A stretch of 64,000 nucleotides of DNA, taken from assembly GCA_043821645.1 (NCBI GenBank), contig JBDRCO010000022.1, positions 33,631 to 97,630 of the forward strand. Direction: 5' to 3'. Positions 1-9,541 of the stretch are shown in pieces. The DNA comes from Pseudomonadota bacterium (GTDB lineage: Bacteria > Myxococcota > JACRCW01 > JAFGSX01). A program made the translations under genes and the position numbers. The notes beneath the pieces were generated by a model. The model did not search any database. It saw only the letters and a program-made list of their open reading frames with translations, and was not told where the DNA came from. Within the stretch, counting starts at the first letter, position 1. Each line of letters starts with the position of its first letter.

Positions 1-138
1 CGTGTTTTGTTGGGGCGGACCGGACCAGCGCGCACGATCACCAGCTGCCAGCCCTAAGGACTCCAGGCGAGCAACGCGCAAACTTTGAGCCGGGCCGGTC
101 CAGTGCTATGGTAGCGGCCACACTCGACGGAAGCGGAT

Positions 139-1887
139 ATGGACGAGGAAAGCGCAGTCGGCCAGCACATCAAGCGCGCCGTGGCCCTGCTGGTGGGCTG
201 TGGCATCGGGCTGCTGCTGGTCTACCTGCTGGTCGCGATCACCGCCGGTTCCCGGCGCGGCACGCCCATCGCTGTCGACGACAAGAACCTGGCACCCAGT
301 GCATTGCAGACACCCTTCGCCGCCGCCGCCATGCCCGCGGCCACCACCGGCGAGGAGATCTTTGTCCAGCGCTGCGCCCCCTGCCACGGCCCCAAGGGAC
401 ATGGCAATGGCCTGCTGGCGCCCCAGCTGACGACGGAGCCGCGCGATCTGGTCAAGGGTCCGTACTGGATTCGCTCCACGGCGGCGGGCACGGCCCCGGT
501 CCGTGACGACCTCAAGAAGGTGGTGGAGCGCGGCATCTCGGGCACCATGATGCCTGGCTTCGAAGGTGTGCTCGAGATCGAGAAAGCCGAGCAGCAGGGC
601 ATTGACCTCGTCGTGGACTACCTGATCGCGCAGTCCAAGTATCTGCAGAAACCGGGTACCGTCATCGAACCCGAGGAGCAGGCCACCGGCGAGGACTGGG
701 AGGTCGAGGCCGGCAAGGCGGTGTGGGATGCGCTCAAGTGCGCCGAGTGCCACGGCGATGGCGGTCGGGGAGGAGGCGCTCGCGCGGCCGAGATCAAGGA
801 CGGCCGCGGGCAGGCCGTGCGGGTCCCCGACCTGAGTGCGCCCTGGGATTTCCGGCGCGGCTCCGAGACACACCACATCTGGATGGGTCTCGAGCTCGGA
901 CTCAGCCCGGAGCACATGCCCTCGCTGACCAGCAAGACCAGCAAGGGTGACCGCCTGGCGCTGGCGGTGTACGTGCGGTCGCTGGCCCGCAAGCTGCTCG
1001 ACAGCGACGACATGAAGGCCGCCCGCGAGCAGCGCGGACTGGTTCGCCATGGCGAGGACATGGTGCACCTGCTGGGCTGCGCACGCTGCCACACCCCCGT
1101 GGACGCCAATGGGCTGCCCCGCCGTGATCTGGCCTTTGCCGGGGGCGTCGAGATCCGCACCCCCAGCGGCACCTTCCACGCCGGCAATCTGACCCCGCAC
1201 CCCGAACACGGCATCGGCAAGGCCAGCGACGAGAACCTCGCCCGCGCCATCACCGAGGGTGTCAGCCTCGATGGGCGCAGCATTGATCCCCTGGCACATC
1301 CCTGGACCTGGTACAGCAAGCTGACGAGTTCAGACCTGGCGGCGATCATCGCCTACCTGCGCAGTCTGCCGGTGGCGACCAATGCGGTGTCCGCTGCCGA
1401 GCGGGAGTCCCGCGGCATCTTCAGCATGCTCGGCGTGATGTTCGGTGCCGGCGAGCCCGCGGTCGAGGTGGTCAGCCGCATCGCCGGGGCCTCGCCCGAG
1501 ACGCCAGGTACCGACGGTGACGAGGACGCGGAAGAAGAAGACCCCACGCCTGCGGACACCAGCGCGGCCAAACCCGGGGCCACCGACAATCCCCCGTCCG
1601 GCACCACGGTCGCGACGCCCAAGGGTCCCCCTGCTGCGGGCACGGACAGCGATGACGAGGGCGGCGACGACGATGATGACGCGCCCCAGAGTTCCGAGGC
1701 ACGCCTGGCCGTGGCCAAGGCGCGGGTCGAGGAAGCGAACCTGCGGCTGAGCGAGGCAGCGGCGGCCTTCGGTCGGGCCAAGGCAGAGTACGAGAAGGTC
1801 CAGGCCGAGGTTGGCGCCGCCGGCGACGACAAGTCTCCCGGCAAGGGCAAGAAGAAGAAGAAAAAGAAAAAGAAGAAGAGGCGCTAG
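139..1887 (+). CDS. Membrane-anchored triheme c-type cytochrome with acidic linker and poly-Lys C-terminal tail
   Basis: N-terminal TM helix; three CxxCH motifs (CAPCH, CAECH, CARCH); third domain has the AGNLTP motif of gluconate/alcohol-dehydrogenase-type cytochrome c subunits; ends KKKKKKKKKRR. Confidence 0.85.
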   Translation: MDEESAVGQHIKRAVALLVGCGIGLLLVYLLVAITAGSRRGTPIAVDDKNLAPSALQTPFAAAAMPAATTGEEIFVQRCAPCHGPKGHGNGLLAPQLTTEPRDLVKGPYWIRSTAAGTAPVRDDLKKVVERGISGTMMPGFEGVLEIEKAEQQGIDLVVDYLIAQSKYLQKPGTVIEPEEQATGEDWEVEAGKAVWDALKCAECHGDGGRGGGARAAEIKDGRGQAVRVPDLSAPWDFRRGSETHHIWMGLELGLSPEHMPSLTSKTSKGDRLALAVYVRSLARKLLDSDDMKAAREQRGLVRHGEDMVHLLGCARCHTPVDANGLPRRDLAFAGGVEIRTPSGTFHAGNLTPHPEHGIGKASDENLARAITEGVSLDGRSIDPLAHPWTWYSKLTSSDLAAIIAYLRSLPVATNAVSAAERESRGIFSMLGVMFGAGEPAVEVVSRIAGASPETPGTDGDEDAEEEDPTPADTSAAKPGATDNPPSGTTVATPKGPPAAGTDSDDEGGDDDDDAPQSSEARLAVAKARVEEANLRLSEAAAAFGRAKAEYEKVQAEVGAAGDDKSPGKGKKKKKKKKKKRR

Positions 1888-1889
1888 GT

Positions 1890-2516
1890 ATGGACGAAGA
1901 AGGCCCGCGGTTCTGGTTGTGGAGCCTCGGTGGTGTCGGGCTGGGCCTGATGCTGGGCCTGCTCATGGCCCTGTCTGGCACGCCCAGCTGCAGCCTCAAC
2001 CCCTCGGTGCGCACCGCGGCGGGCGACACAGGGTCCATGCCCGCACTGCCTGAGAAGATCGAACCCAGCCGCATCGCCCAGGCACAGCGAGGCTGGTACC
2101 TGGCCACGGCTGCCGGCTGCGCGTCCTGCCACACCCCCGTCGACCCCTTCACCGGCCCGCTGGCCACGCAGGCCCTGTCCGGTGGCATGGCGCTGCGCTC
2201 GCGCTTCTTCGGGACCCTGTACTCGGCCAACATCACCTCGGACCTGTCCTCGGGTCTCGGCAAGCTTCGCGACGAGCGAGGTCGACTGCGCTCGGCGCTT
2301 CGCGGCGGCGTGGGTACCCGCGGCCAGGTCATGCACCCTGCGGCCATGCCCTGGCTCGAGATCGGACGCGCCGACACCGAGGATCTCGACTGCATCCTGT
2401 ACTACTTGCTGCTCGCCAAGGCGTACTCGCGCACCTTCCCGGCGCGTGGTGCGCCTGGCTCCGGGGATAGCCCTGGCGTGTGGTTGGGACTCGGTTCCTG
2501 GTCGCGCTCGATGTGA
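1890..2516 (+). CDS. Monoheme c-type cytochrome, exported or membrane-anchored
   Basis: Hydrophobic N-terminus; CASCH, SANIT and MPW motifs; starts 2 nt after the upstream cytochrome and resembles its third heme domain. Confidence 0.8.
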   Translation: MDEEGPRFWLWSLGGVGLGLMLGLLMALSGTPSCSLNPSVRTAAGDTGSMPALPEKIEPSRIAQAQRGWYLATAAGCASCHTPVDPFTGPLATQALSGGMALRSRFFGTLYSANITSDLSSGLGKLRDERGRLRSALRGGVGTRGQVMHPAAMPWLEIGRADTEDLDCILYYLLLAKAYSRTFPARGAPGSGDSPGVWLGLGSWSRSM

Positions 2517-2549
2517 GCGGAGCGCGGGACTCTCGCCCCGCAGCGCGCC

Positions 2550-3863
2550 TCAGGCGTCCTCGGCGTCGAGGTCCTCGGCCGTGGGCGCCGCCCCCAGCTT
2601 CCCGGGCTCGTGCACGGTCACGCTGAAGGTGTCGACCACGGTCATGCCCTTTCGCTCGGCACTGAGCGCGAAGGTCCAGGTGCCGGGCTCGTCGACGACC
2701 ATGCGATACATCCCGTTCTTGTAGGGCGCGAACTCGTAGCCCGGGTGCTCGCCCCCGAGCAGCGCGAAGGCCTTGATCTTGTAATCGGCAGGATACTTCA
2801 CACGAAATTCGTGCCCCGCCATGACGCGCTCACCGGTGGCCAGGGCGTCGCGGTTGAGCAGGACCTCGCCGCGGCTCACCTTGGGCCAGAAATCCGGTTT
2901 CTCGTCGAGAATGCGCAGCATCACCTCGAGCGGATAGACCTGCTTGATGGGGGCCGTGTTCATCTCGCCGAGCATCTTCTTGACCTGGTCTGGCCGGGCA
3001 AAACCCAGCAGCTTGCGCACGGCCTTGTCGATGATGGCGTCGCGATCCAGGCCGTCGTCCTCCATGTGGTCAGCGAGGCGCACCATGTGAATGGCGCCCT
3101 GGATGGAGCCGAGCCGCTCGATGTCCGGCGGCTCGAGCGTGGGATCGAAGTCATCGTGGTAGGTCGAGGTGAAGGCGTTCTTGTGCTCGTCCTCGCCGAT
3201 GATCCGCTTCTTGGCCGCCAGGGCCTGCTCCACGGGATCACCGCCGCCCTCGTCCTGACCCACCAGCACGCTCACCTGCTCGACGTCCTCGGTGCGCTCG
3301 CGTCCCTCGACGGGCCGGGCGCGCCCCATGCCCGCCTTCGCTGAGCCCTTCTTGGCGTCGGCCCGGTCCCCGCGCTCCGAGCGGCCGCGGCTGCGCGCTT
3401 CACCCACACGGCCACCCCGCCCGCCTCCCTCGCCCTTGCCCCCGCTCTTCTGCTTGTCCGGGGTATCCCCTGCGTCACCGGCGCCATCCGCCGAGGCCGC
3501 GGACTTGCCTCTGCGCCGGGTGGTGCGGCCGAGCATGCGCTTGATGAAGCCGCCGCCGGTGCCTGGCAGGCTGTCATCACCGTCACCATCACCCCCGCCA
3601 TCGCCCTCACCCTCACCCTCACCCTCGACCTTGGCTCCGGCGTCCCCGTCCTCGTCCTTGGCGCGCCGGGTGGTGACCATGACATCACCCTGCCCTGCCT
3701 GCACCGAAGGGCTCGCCAGTCCACGTTCTGGCGCCGCCTTGTCGACGCTGGCCTCGGCGTCGCGCGCTTTGGATTCCGGAGCCTCGGGCTTGCTGGAGCT
3801 GCCCTCGGCGCCGGCAGCAGGAACGGTTCCGGTGGTCGACGATCCGCGCTGGATGGTGCTCAT
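2550..3863 (-). CDS. Hypothetical protein with disordered Ser/Gly/charged N-half and globular, beta-rich C-half
   Basis: 437-aa ORF with GC3-biased codons; GAGGGG RBS before the ATG; no family recognised. Confidence 0.7.
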   Translation of the reverse strand: MSTIQRGSSTTGTVPAAGAEGSSSKPEAPESKARDAEASVDKAAPERGLASPSVQAGQGDVMVTTRRAKDEDGDAGAKVEGEGEGEGDGGGDGDGDDSLPGTGGGFIKRMLGRTTRRRGKSAASADGAGDAGDTPDKQKSGGKGEGGGRGGRVGEARSRGRSERGDRADAKKGSAKAGMGRARPVEGRERTEDVEQVSVLVGQDEGGGDPVEQALAAKKRIIGEDEHKNAFTSTYHDDFDPTLEPPDIERLGSIQGAIHMVRLADHMEDDGLDRDAIIDKAVRKLLGFARPDQVKKMLGEMNTAPIKQVYPLEVMLRILDEKPDFWPKVSRGEVLLNRDALATGERVMAGHEFRVKYPADYKIKAFALLGGEHPGYEFAPYKNGMYRMVVDEPGTWTFALSAERKGMTVVDTFSVTVHEPGKLGAAPTAEDLDAEDA

Positions 3864-4049
3864 GCTGGGTGCCCCTCGTACCCGATATGTTGGCCTCCCC
3901 CATGGCCACCGTCAAGGCGGCCCGGGGAGCGCTGCGGCGCAAAGAGCGCCCCGGGGCAGTCCTGCCACCAGGTGTCCCCGCTACCTCGTTTGACAGCACC
4001 GTCGACCGGTCGCAGTATTGGCGCGGTCCTTGTCGACGGCGAGTGGTGT

Positions 4050-5285
4050 ATGAGCGACAGGCTGCTGCATCTGGATCCCTACGGCGGTGCCTCGGGCGAC
4101 ATGGTCCTCGGTGCACTGTGCGACCTCGGTGTGCCCGTGGGGGTCATCGAGAAATCCCTGGCCGCCGTGGGTCTGGACGGGGTGCGCGTGAGCCTGCGCC
4201 GCGAACAGCGCCATGGCGTGTCCGGACAGCGCGCGGTGTTCGTCGACGAGCAGGGCCGCCCCATCGATCCTCTCGAGGCAGACCAGGCAACGGTGAATCA
4301 CCACCACGGCCACACCCACGCGGGCGAGCTGCTGCGACGCATCGCCCGCAGCGCGTTGCCGGACGAGGTCCGGGACCTGTCCCTGCGCATCTTCCGGCGG
4401 CTGGCCGAGGCCGAGGCCCGGGTGCATGGCGTGTCCGTGGACGAGGTGGCCCTGCACGAGGTCGGCGGCCAGGACGCCATCGCCGACGTGGTGGGTGCGG
4501 CCACCGCCCTGCACCACCTGCAGCCGGCGCGGGTGAGCGTGGGTCCCCTGCCCCTGGGTGGAGGCAGCGTGCACGCGGCCCACGGCGTGTTGCCCGCGCC
4601 TGCGCCCGCCACCCTGCAGCTGCTGCTCGGCGCACCGGTGCAGGGCATCGCCGTTGCCCACGAGTGCGTCACCCCCACCGGTGCCGCGATCCTGACCACG
4701 CTGGCCCAGCGCTATGGCGCGATCCCGAACGGGACCCTGCGCGCCGTGGGGACGGGGCTGGGGCGCCGCGACCCGCAGGAGCGTGCCAACCTGCTCCGCG
4801 CATTGCTGCTCGATGCCCACACCACGCCCGCGCTCGACGACGCCGGGATGGTGGAGATCCAGACCAACCTCGACGACGAGACCGGGGAAGTGCTGGCCCA
4901 CACGATACAGCGCCTGCTCGCCCAGGGCTGTGTGGACGCCTGGGCGGTTCCCGGCACCATGAAGAAGGGGCGGCCGGCCACGATCCTGCATGCCCTGGCG
5001 CCGGAAGCAGCTCGGGAGGCGGTGATCCGGCTCCTGCTCGAAGAGACCTCGAGCCTGGGTCTGCGCTGGCACCGGGTCGAGCGCGCGACCCTGCAGCGCC
5101 GCGTGGTCGAGGCCCACACCCGCTTCGGTGTGGTGCGGGTCAAGCTCGGCCTCGACGGCGAGCGTGTTCTGAAGACCAAGCCCGAGTTCGACGACTGCCA
5201 GCGCCTCGCAACGCAAGCCGGGGTCCCGCTGCGCCAGGTCATCGAGGCGGCGCTGCGCGCGGCAGATGGCGAGGTCGTGCCGTGA
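4050..5285 (+). CDS. larC: Nickel pincer cofactor biosynthesis protein LarC (DUF111)
   Basis: D-x3-GASGDMVLGAL N-terminus, His-rich HHHGHTH, HEVG..DAIADVVG, TPTGAAIL, TNLDD..GE, MKKGRP, ET..LGLR and KPEFDD motifs; start re-picked at ATG 4050. Confidence 0.95.
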   Translation: MSDRLLHLDPYGGASGDMVLGALCDLGVPVGVIEKSLAAVGLDGVRVSLRREQRHGVSGQRAVFVDEQGRPIDPLEADQATVNHHHGHTHAGELLRRIARSALPDEVRDLSLRIFRRLAEAEARVHGVSVDEVALHEVGGQDAIADVVGAATALHHLQPARVSVGPLPLGGGSVHAAHGVLPAPAPATLQLLLGAPVQGIAVAHECVTPTGAAILTTLAQRYGAIPNGTLRAVGTGLGRRDPQERANLLRALLLDAHTTPALDDAGMVEIQTNLDDETGEVLAHTIQRLLAQGCVDAWAVPGTMKKGRPATILHALAPEAAREAVIRLLLEETSSLGLRWHRVERATLQRRVVEAHTRFGVVRVKLGLDGERVLKTKPEFDDCQRLATQAGVPLRQVIEAALRAADGEVVP

Positions 5286-5287
5286 TC

Positions 5288-7444
5288 ATGCCCTCCGTCG
5301 CCGTGGTGCACCCCGATCCGGAGCGGCGACGCATCCTGGCCGCACACCTGAGCCAGGCGGGTTTCACGCCCGTCGAGATCGATGGCCTGGACACCCACCG
5401 AGCGGAGCTGGCGCTGTGCGACGCCGTGCTGTGCGATGTGCGCACTCCGCGGCCAGATCCCCAGCGCAGCCTAGCCGGATTCCTGCGCGACACCCTGCGG
5501 CTGCAAGGCACCGTGCTGGCCGTGCTCCCGGACACCAGCGCGGAGACGATCGCCCGCACCGAGGGCGAGGACTTCGACGATTTCATCCTCGCCAGCGCGG
5601 ACGCTCCGGCCCTCACCGCTCGGCTGCGCCTGGCCCTGCGTGCTCGAAACCACCAGCGGGACCTCGAACTGCGAAGTCTGGACGCGCTCGCCTTGCTCGA
5701 GCTGAGCCAGACCCTGGCATCGAGCCTCGACGTGCAGACCATCCTGCACGAGGCCAGCTTGCTGGTTGCCAGCGTGCTGCAGGTGGATCGCTGCGCCATC
5801 GTGCTCCTCGACCCGGACAGCAGCCGGGGCTCCATCGTCGCGGCCAGCGAAGACCACATGGTGCGCGACCTCGAGATCTCCCTCGACGCCTACCCGGAGC
5901 TTCGGAACCTCATCGAGACCTCCGCCCCGGTCATCATCCACGACGCGAGCCAGAGCGCCTTGCTGGGTGAGGTCAAGCAGATCCTGGCCGAGAAGCGGGT
6001 CGGGGCCGAGATGCTGTTCCCCATCATCTACGACGAGCATGTGGTGGGTGCGCTGTTCCTGCGCAGCGTGCAGCGTCTCGAGGCCGTGGATCCGCGCAAG
6101 GTCGAGTTCGGCATGACCGTGGCCAGCTCCCTGGGTGTGTCGATCCGCAACGCCCGGCTGTTCGACTCGTTTCGCGATCACACCAAGCGCGTCAACCAGC
6201 TCCGCCTCCAGGCCGAGCGGCGCATGCGCGCCCTGCAACGCTACGAGGACTTCTTCGAGTACGCCGCCGACGGCATGATGGTGCTCGAGGCCGACGGCCG
6301 GGTGCAGTACCTCAACCGTGAAGGACACCGGATCCTGGGCGGCGATCGCGACCGCGAGGCCAGTCTCAACCTCAACAGCTGCCTGACCGAGGATTCACAG
6401 CTCGTGCTGCAACACATGCTGCAGGTGATCCGGCAGGGCCAGTATTGCCGCAACATCGACCTCACGGCGATCCGGCCCAGCGACGAGGAACGTTCGTTGT
6501 CGGTGTCCGCGTCGCCCCTGGGAGAGGGCCAGGGCCTGGCCGTGCTGTCCTTCCGCGACGTCACCGAACTCAAGGAGATGCAGACCGAGCTCAAGACCAC
6601 CAAGGACTTTCTCGAGAATCTCATCGACAGCTCGGTCGACGGCATCGTGGCTGCGGACCTGCGCGGCAATGTGCTGCTGTTCAACAAGGGCGCCGAGCGC
6701 ATCTACGGCTACAACGCCCCCGAGGTCATCGGCCACATTCCGGTGTGGCGGCTCTACCCGCGCGGCGAGGCCGTCGCGATCATGCGACAGCTGCGCAGCG
6801 AGGCCATGGGTGGCCTGGGCCGCGCCGTCGGGCGACGGAGCCTCATCAAGGACAAGCAGGGCACTCACGTGCCGGTCAGCCTCACCGCATCGATCATCTA
6901 CGAGGACGGCGTCGAGGTCGCCACGGTGGGGATCTTCTCCGACCTGCGCGACCGCCTCAGGATGGAGCAGGACCTCGAGGAGGCACAGCAGCTGGTGATC
7001 CAGAGCGAGAAGCACGCCGCCGTGGTCGAGCTGGCCGGCGCCGCGGCCCACGAGCTCAACCAGCCGCTCACCAGCGTCGTGGGCTACGCCGAGATGCTGC
7101 GGCGCAAGGTGCAGGACGGCGATCCCCTCAAGCGGCCCGTCGACATCGTCTACAAGGAGGCCGAGCGCATGGCCGAGATCGTGCGCAAGCTCGGCCGCAT
7201 CACCAAGTACGAGACCAAGGCCTACGGTGGGGGCGCGCGCATCCTCGATCTCGATCGCGCCTCGACCCCGGACCGGCCCCGCGGTCCCAGAGCCGTGCTC
7301 AGTTCCGACCCGCGGGTACCCCTGGTACGCAGCGTGCGCGCCGAGACCACCTCCCCCGCACGGCCAGCAGCCACCGAGCCCGCACCGGCCTCCCCCGCCG
7401 CCGGCGCCACGAATGAATCCGAACCCGGGGACGAGCGTCCATGA
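5288..7444 (+). CDS. Signal transduction protein: degenerate REC-GAF-PAS-PAS-HisKA, no HATPase domain
   Basis: C-terminal part of ORF 3869..7444; GAF segment (LSQTLASSLD...VDRCAIVL), two PAS domains, H-box AAHELNQPL; no N/G1/F/G2 boxes before the stop. Confidence 0.85.
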   Translation: MPSVAVVHPDPERRRILAAHLSQAGFTPVEIDGLDTHRAELALCDAVLCDVRTPRPDPQRSLAGFLRDTLRLQGTVLAVLPDTSAETIARTEGEDFDDFILASADAPALTARLRLALRARNHQRDLELRSLDALALLELSQTLASSLDVQTILHEASLLVASVLQVDRCAIVLLDPDSSRGSIVAASEDHMVRDLEISLDAYPELRNLIETSAPVIIHDASQSALLGEVKQILAEKRVGAEMLFPIIYDEHVVGALFLRSVQRLEAVDPRKVEFGMTVASSLGVSIRNARLFDSFRDHTKRVNQLRLQAERRMRALQRYEDFFEYAADGMMVLEADGRVQYLNREGHRILGGDRDREASLNLNSCLTEDSQLVLQHMLQVIRQGQYCRNIDLTAIRPSDEERSLSVSASPLGEGQGLAVLSFRDVTELKEMQTELKTTKDFLENLIDSSVDGIVAADLRGNVLLFNKGAERIYGYNAPEVIGHIPVWRLYPRGEAVAIMRQLRSEAMGGLGRAVGRRSLIKDKQGTHVPVSLTASIIYEDGVEVATVGIFSDLRDRLRMEQDLEEAQQLVIQSEKHAAVVELAGAAAHELNQPLTSVVGYAEMLRRKVQDGDPLKRPVDIVYKEAERMAEIVRKLGRITKYETKAYGGGARILDLDRASTPDRPRGPRAVLSSDPRVPLVRSVRAETTSPARPAATEPAPASPAAGATNESEPGDERP

Positions 7445-7521
7445 CCACAGCGCAACTCCGCGTCACATCCTGGGTGCGTCCTCGACACCCGCGGAGCCAT
7501 CCAGCGCACAGGGAGATGTCC

Positions 7522-8313
7522 ATGATCGTTCTACCTGCCCTCACCCTGGCGACCACGCTGCTCGTGGGCGCGGCACCGGCCAAGGCCCCCGTCCCCGAGA
7601 TGGACGCCGCCACCATCCTCAAGAAGGCCATGGCCCGCAACCTGTTCGGGCTCACCGGCACGGCCAACGCCAGCATGGAGGTTCACACCACCCGTGGCGA
7701 GGTCAAGAACCGCGACCTGGCGGTCAAGCTCATGCGCAGCGAGGCGGGGTTGCAGCGTGCTCTGGTCAGCTTCCGCAGCCCTGTCGAGGTGGCGGGCACC
7801 GCGTTCCTGGTGGTGGAGCGCCCCGAGGGGCCCCCGGACCAGTACCTGTATCTCCCCGCACTCAAGAAGGTCCGCCGCATCGCCGCCGGTCAGGCCACGG
7901 ACTCTTTCATGGGTTCTGACTTCACCTTTCTCGACCTGTCCCCCCTGCCCCAGGGCAACAGCGGCGAGATCGAGTTCAAGCGCCTCGAGGATGCCACCGT
8001 CGGCGGCCAGCCAGCCTACGTGATCGAGGCTCTGAGCAAGATCCCGGGCTCGCCTTACAGCCGGGTGCTCACCTCCATTCACCGCGAGCACCTGGTGCCA
8101 CTCAAGATCGAGTTCTTCGACCAGAGCGGTAAGCCGCTCAAGGTCCTGACCATGAAGAAACTCAAGAAGATCGACGGCAAGCTCATCCCGGTCGAGCTCG
8201 AGATGAAGAACCAGCAGAAGAACTCGTGGACCGTGCTGGGCCTCACCGAGCTCGATCTCAAGGCCAAGCCCAGCGAGGCCGACTTCACGCCCGAGGCCAT
8301 GCAGGGCACCTGA
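7522..8313 (+). CDS. Outer-membrane lipoprotein-sorting protein (LolA-like/DUF1329-related)
   Basis: Signal peptide; F.SP..V.GT.FL, DQYLYLPALKKVRRI and SFMGSDFT..DL motifs; GGGAG RBS. Confidence 0.85.
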   Translation: MIVLPALTLATTLLVGAAPAKAPVPEMDAATILKKAMARNLFGLTGTANASMEVHTTRGEVKNRDLAVKLMRSEAGLQRALVSFRSPVEVAGTAFLVVERPEGPPDQYLYLPALKKVRRIAAGQATDSFMGSDFTFLDLSPLPQGNSGEIEFKRLEDATVGGQPAYVIEALSKIPGSPYSRVLTSIHREHLVPLKIEFFDQSGKPLKVLTMKKLKKIDGKLIPVELEMKNQQKNSWTVLGLTELDLKAKPSEADFTPEAMQGT

Positions 8314-8523
8314 GCTGCGAAGCGTCGCGCTCGCTCGCGTCGCCAGCGCACCGTTCACCGTCCTTTGACGTCGTCATCTCCTCGACCCGGACAGACTGTC
8401 CTGGCCTGTGGACCCATGGTATGTTGCCGCCCGGACGCACTCGACGCGCCGGGCGGTGGGTTCCGGCGCATGAATCTCTCGACGACGGGGAGCGGGGTCC
8501 GTCCCCCGGACAGGAGGTGCCTG

Positions 8524-9393
8524 ATGCGACGCGCATACCCGATGCTGATTCTCCTGCTTCTTGGCAGCCTGATCGGATGCAAGGACACGGCCGACAGCGC
8601 GACCACGACCGTCCAGCCCACCCCCGGGACACCACCCACCGAGCCCGCGGAACCTGCGTCCGCAGCCGCCAAGGAAGAATTCGGCCTGGTGCGCACGGGG
8701 CTCGCCAGCCTCAAGGAGACTCCCGAGGACAAGGGCAAATGGAAGGCGACCATGATGCGCGGCGAGAAGGTCACCGTGCTCGATCGCGCGCCAGGACATC
8801 TCAAGGTTCGCCTCAGCGACGGCACCGAGGGCTTTGTCGACGACAAGGCCGTGCTGACGGGCGAGGTGCAGGAGGTCCTGGTGCTCGACGACAAGCCGCT
8901 GTACCAGCGCCCGGACTCGGCCTCGCTGCGCGATGGAACCGTCAAGCTCGGCACCTTGCTGTTTATCCTTCGCGACAAGGACGGCTGGCTCGAAGTGCAG
9001 CTACCCAAGGGCCGCACTGGCTGGATGCAGTCCGCGGACATCTCCCGCGATCAGACCGAGCTCGCCGTGGCGCGCAACCTGTTCCGCCACGAGCTGCTGC
9101 GGGACGCCAAGCAGAAGGCGCGGCAGGAGCAGGCCGCGCAGATCCTGGCCGAGACCATCTCGCAGTACCCGCAGTCCAGGGTGCTGCAGGCCAGCGGTCT
9201 GGCCCCTGGCGCCGCACCTACCGAGGACAAGCCCGCAGACGCCGAGCCCAATGCGGACATGCCTGCCGAAGGTGCCGTCGCCGCGGACATCAATGCGGTC
9301 GAGCCTGCCGCGGCACCTGTCGCACCCCCTGCCGAACCTGCACCCGCACCGGCACCGGCCGCCGCTCCTGCCGCTCCCACCGCCAATCCGTAA
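8524..9393 (+). CDS. Lipoprotein with two bacterial SH3-like domains and Pro/Ala-rich tail
   Basis: AGGAGG RBS; lipobox LIGC; LKVRLSDGTEGFV and WLEVQLPKGRTGWM SH3b-like segments. Confidence 0.8.
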   Translation: MRRAYPMLILLLLGSLIGCKDTADSATTTVQPTPGTPPTEPAEPASAAAKEEFGLVRTGLASLKETPEDKGKWKATMMRGEKVTVLDRAPGHLKVRLSDGTEGFVDDKAVLTGEVQEVLVLDDKPLYQRPDSASLRDGTVKLGTLLFILRDKDGWLEVQLPKGRTGWMQSADISRDQTELAVARNLFRHELLRDAKQKARQEQAAQILAETISQYPQSRVLQASGLAPGAAPTEDKPADAEPNADMPAEGAVAADINAVEPAAAPVAPPAEPAPAPAPAAAPAAPTANP

Positions 9394-9541
9394 CTGTCCG
9401 ATTTCCGAACTCTCCCGCCGACGTGCCGACATCCCGCTGGCGTCCCGGGCCCTGGAGGGCTATGGATCCCTTGCGTTCGCAGGACGCATTCCTACTGCGC
9501 TCGGGGGAGTTGCAGCGTCGGTGCGAGGCGGGGAGGGATCC

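Noticed and set aside
3869-5287. N-terminal 473 aa of the 1191-aa ORF, suggesting a giant fusion
   Set aside because: Arg/Pro/Gly-rich off-frame read-through over larC; the real sensor protein starts at ~5288
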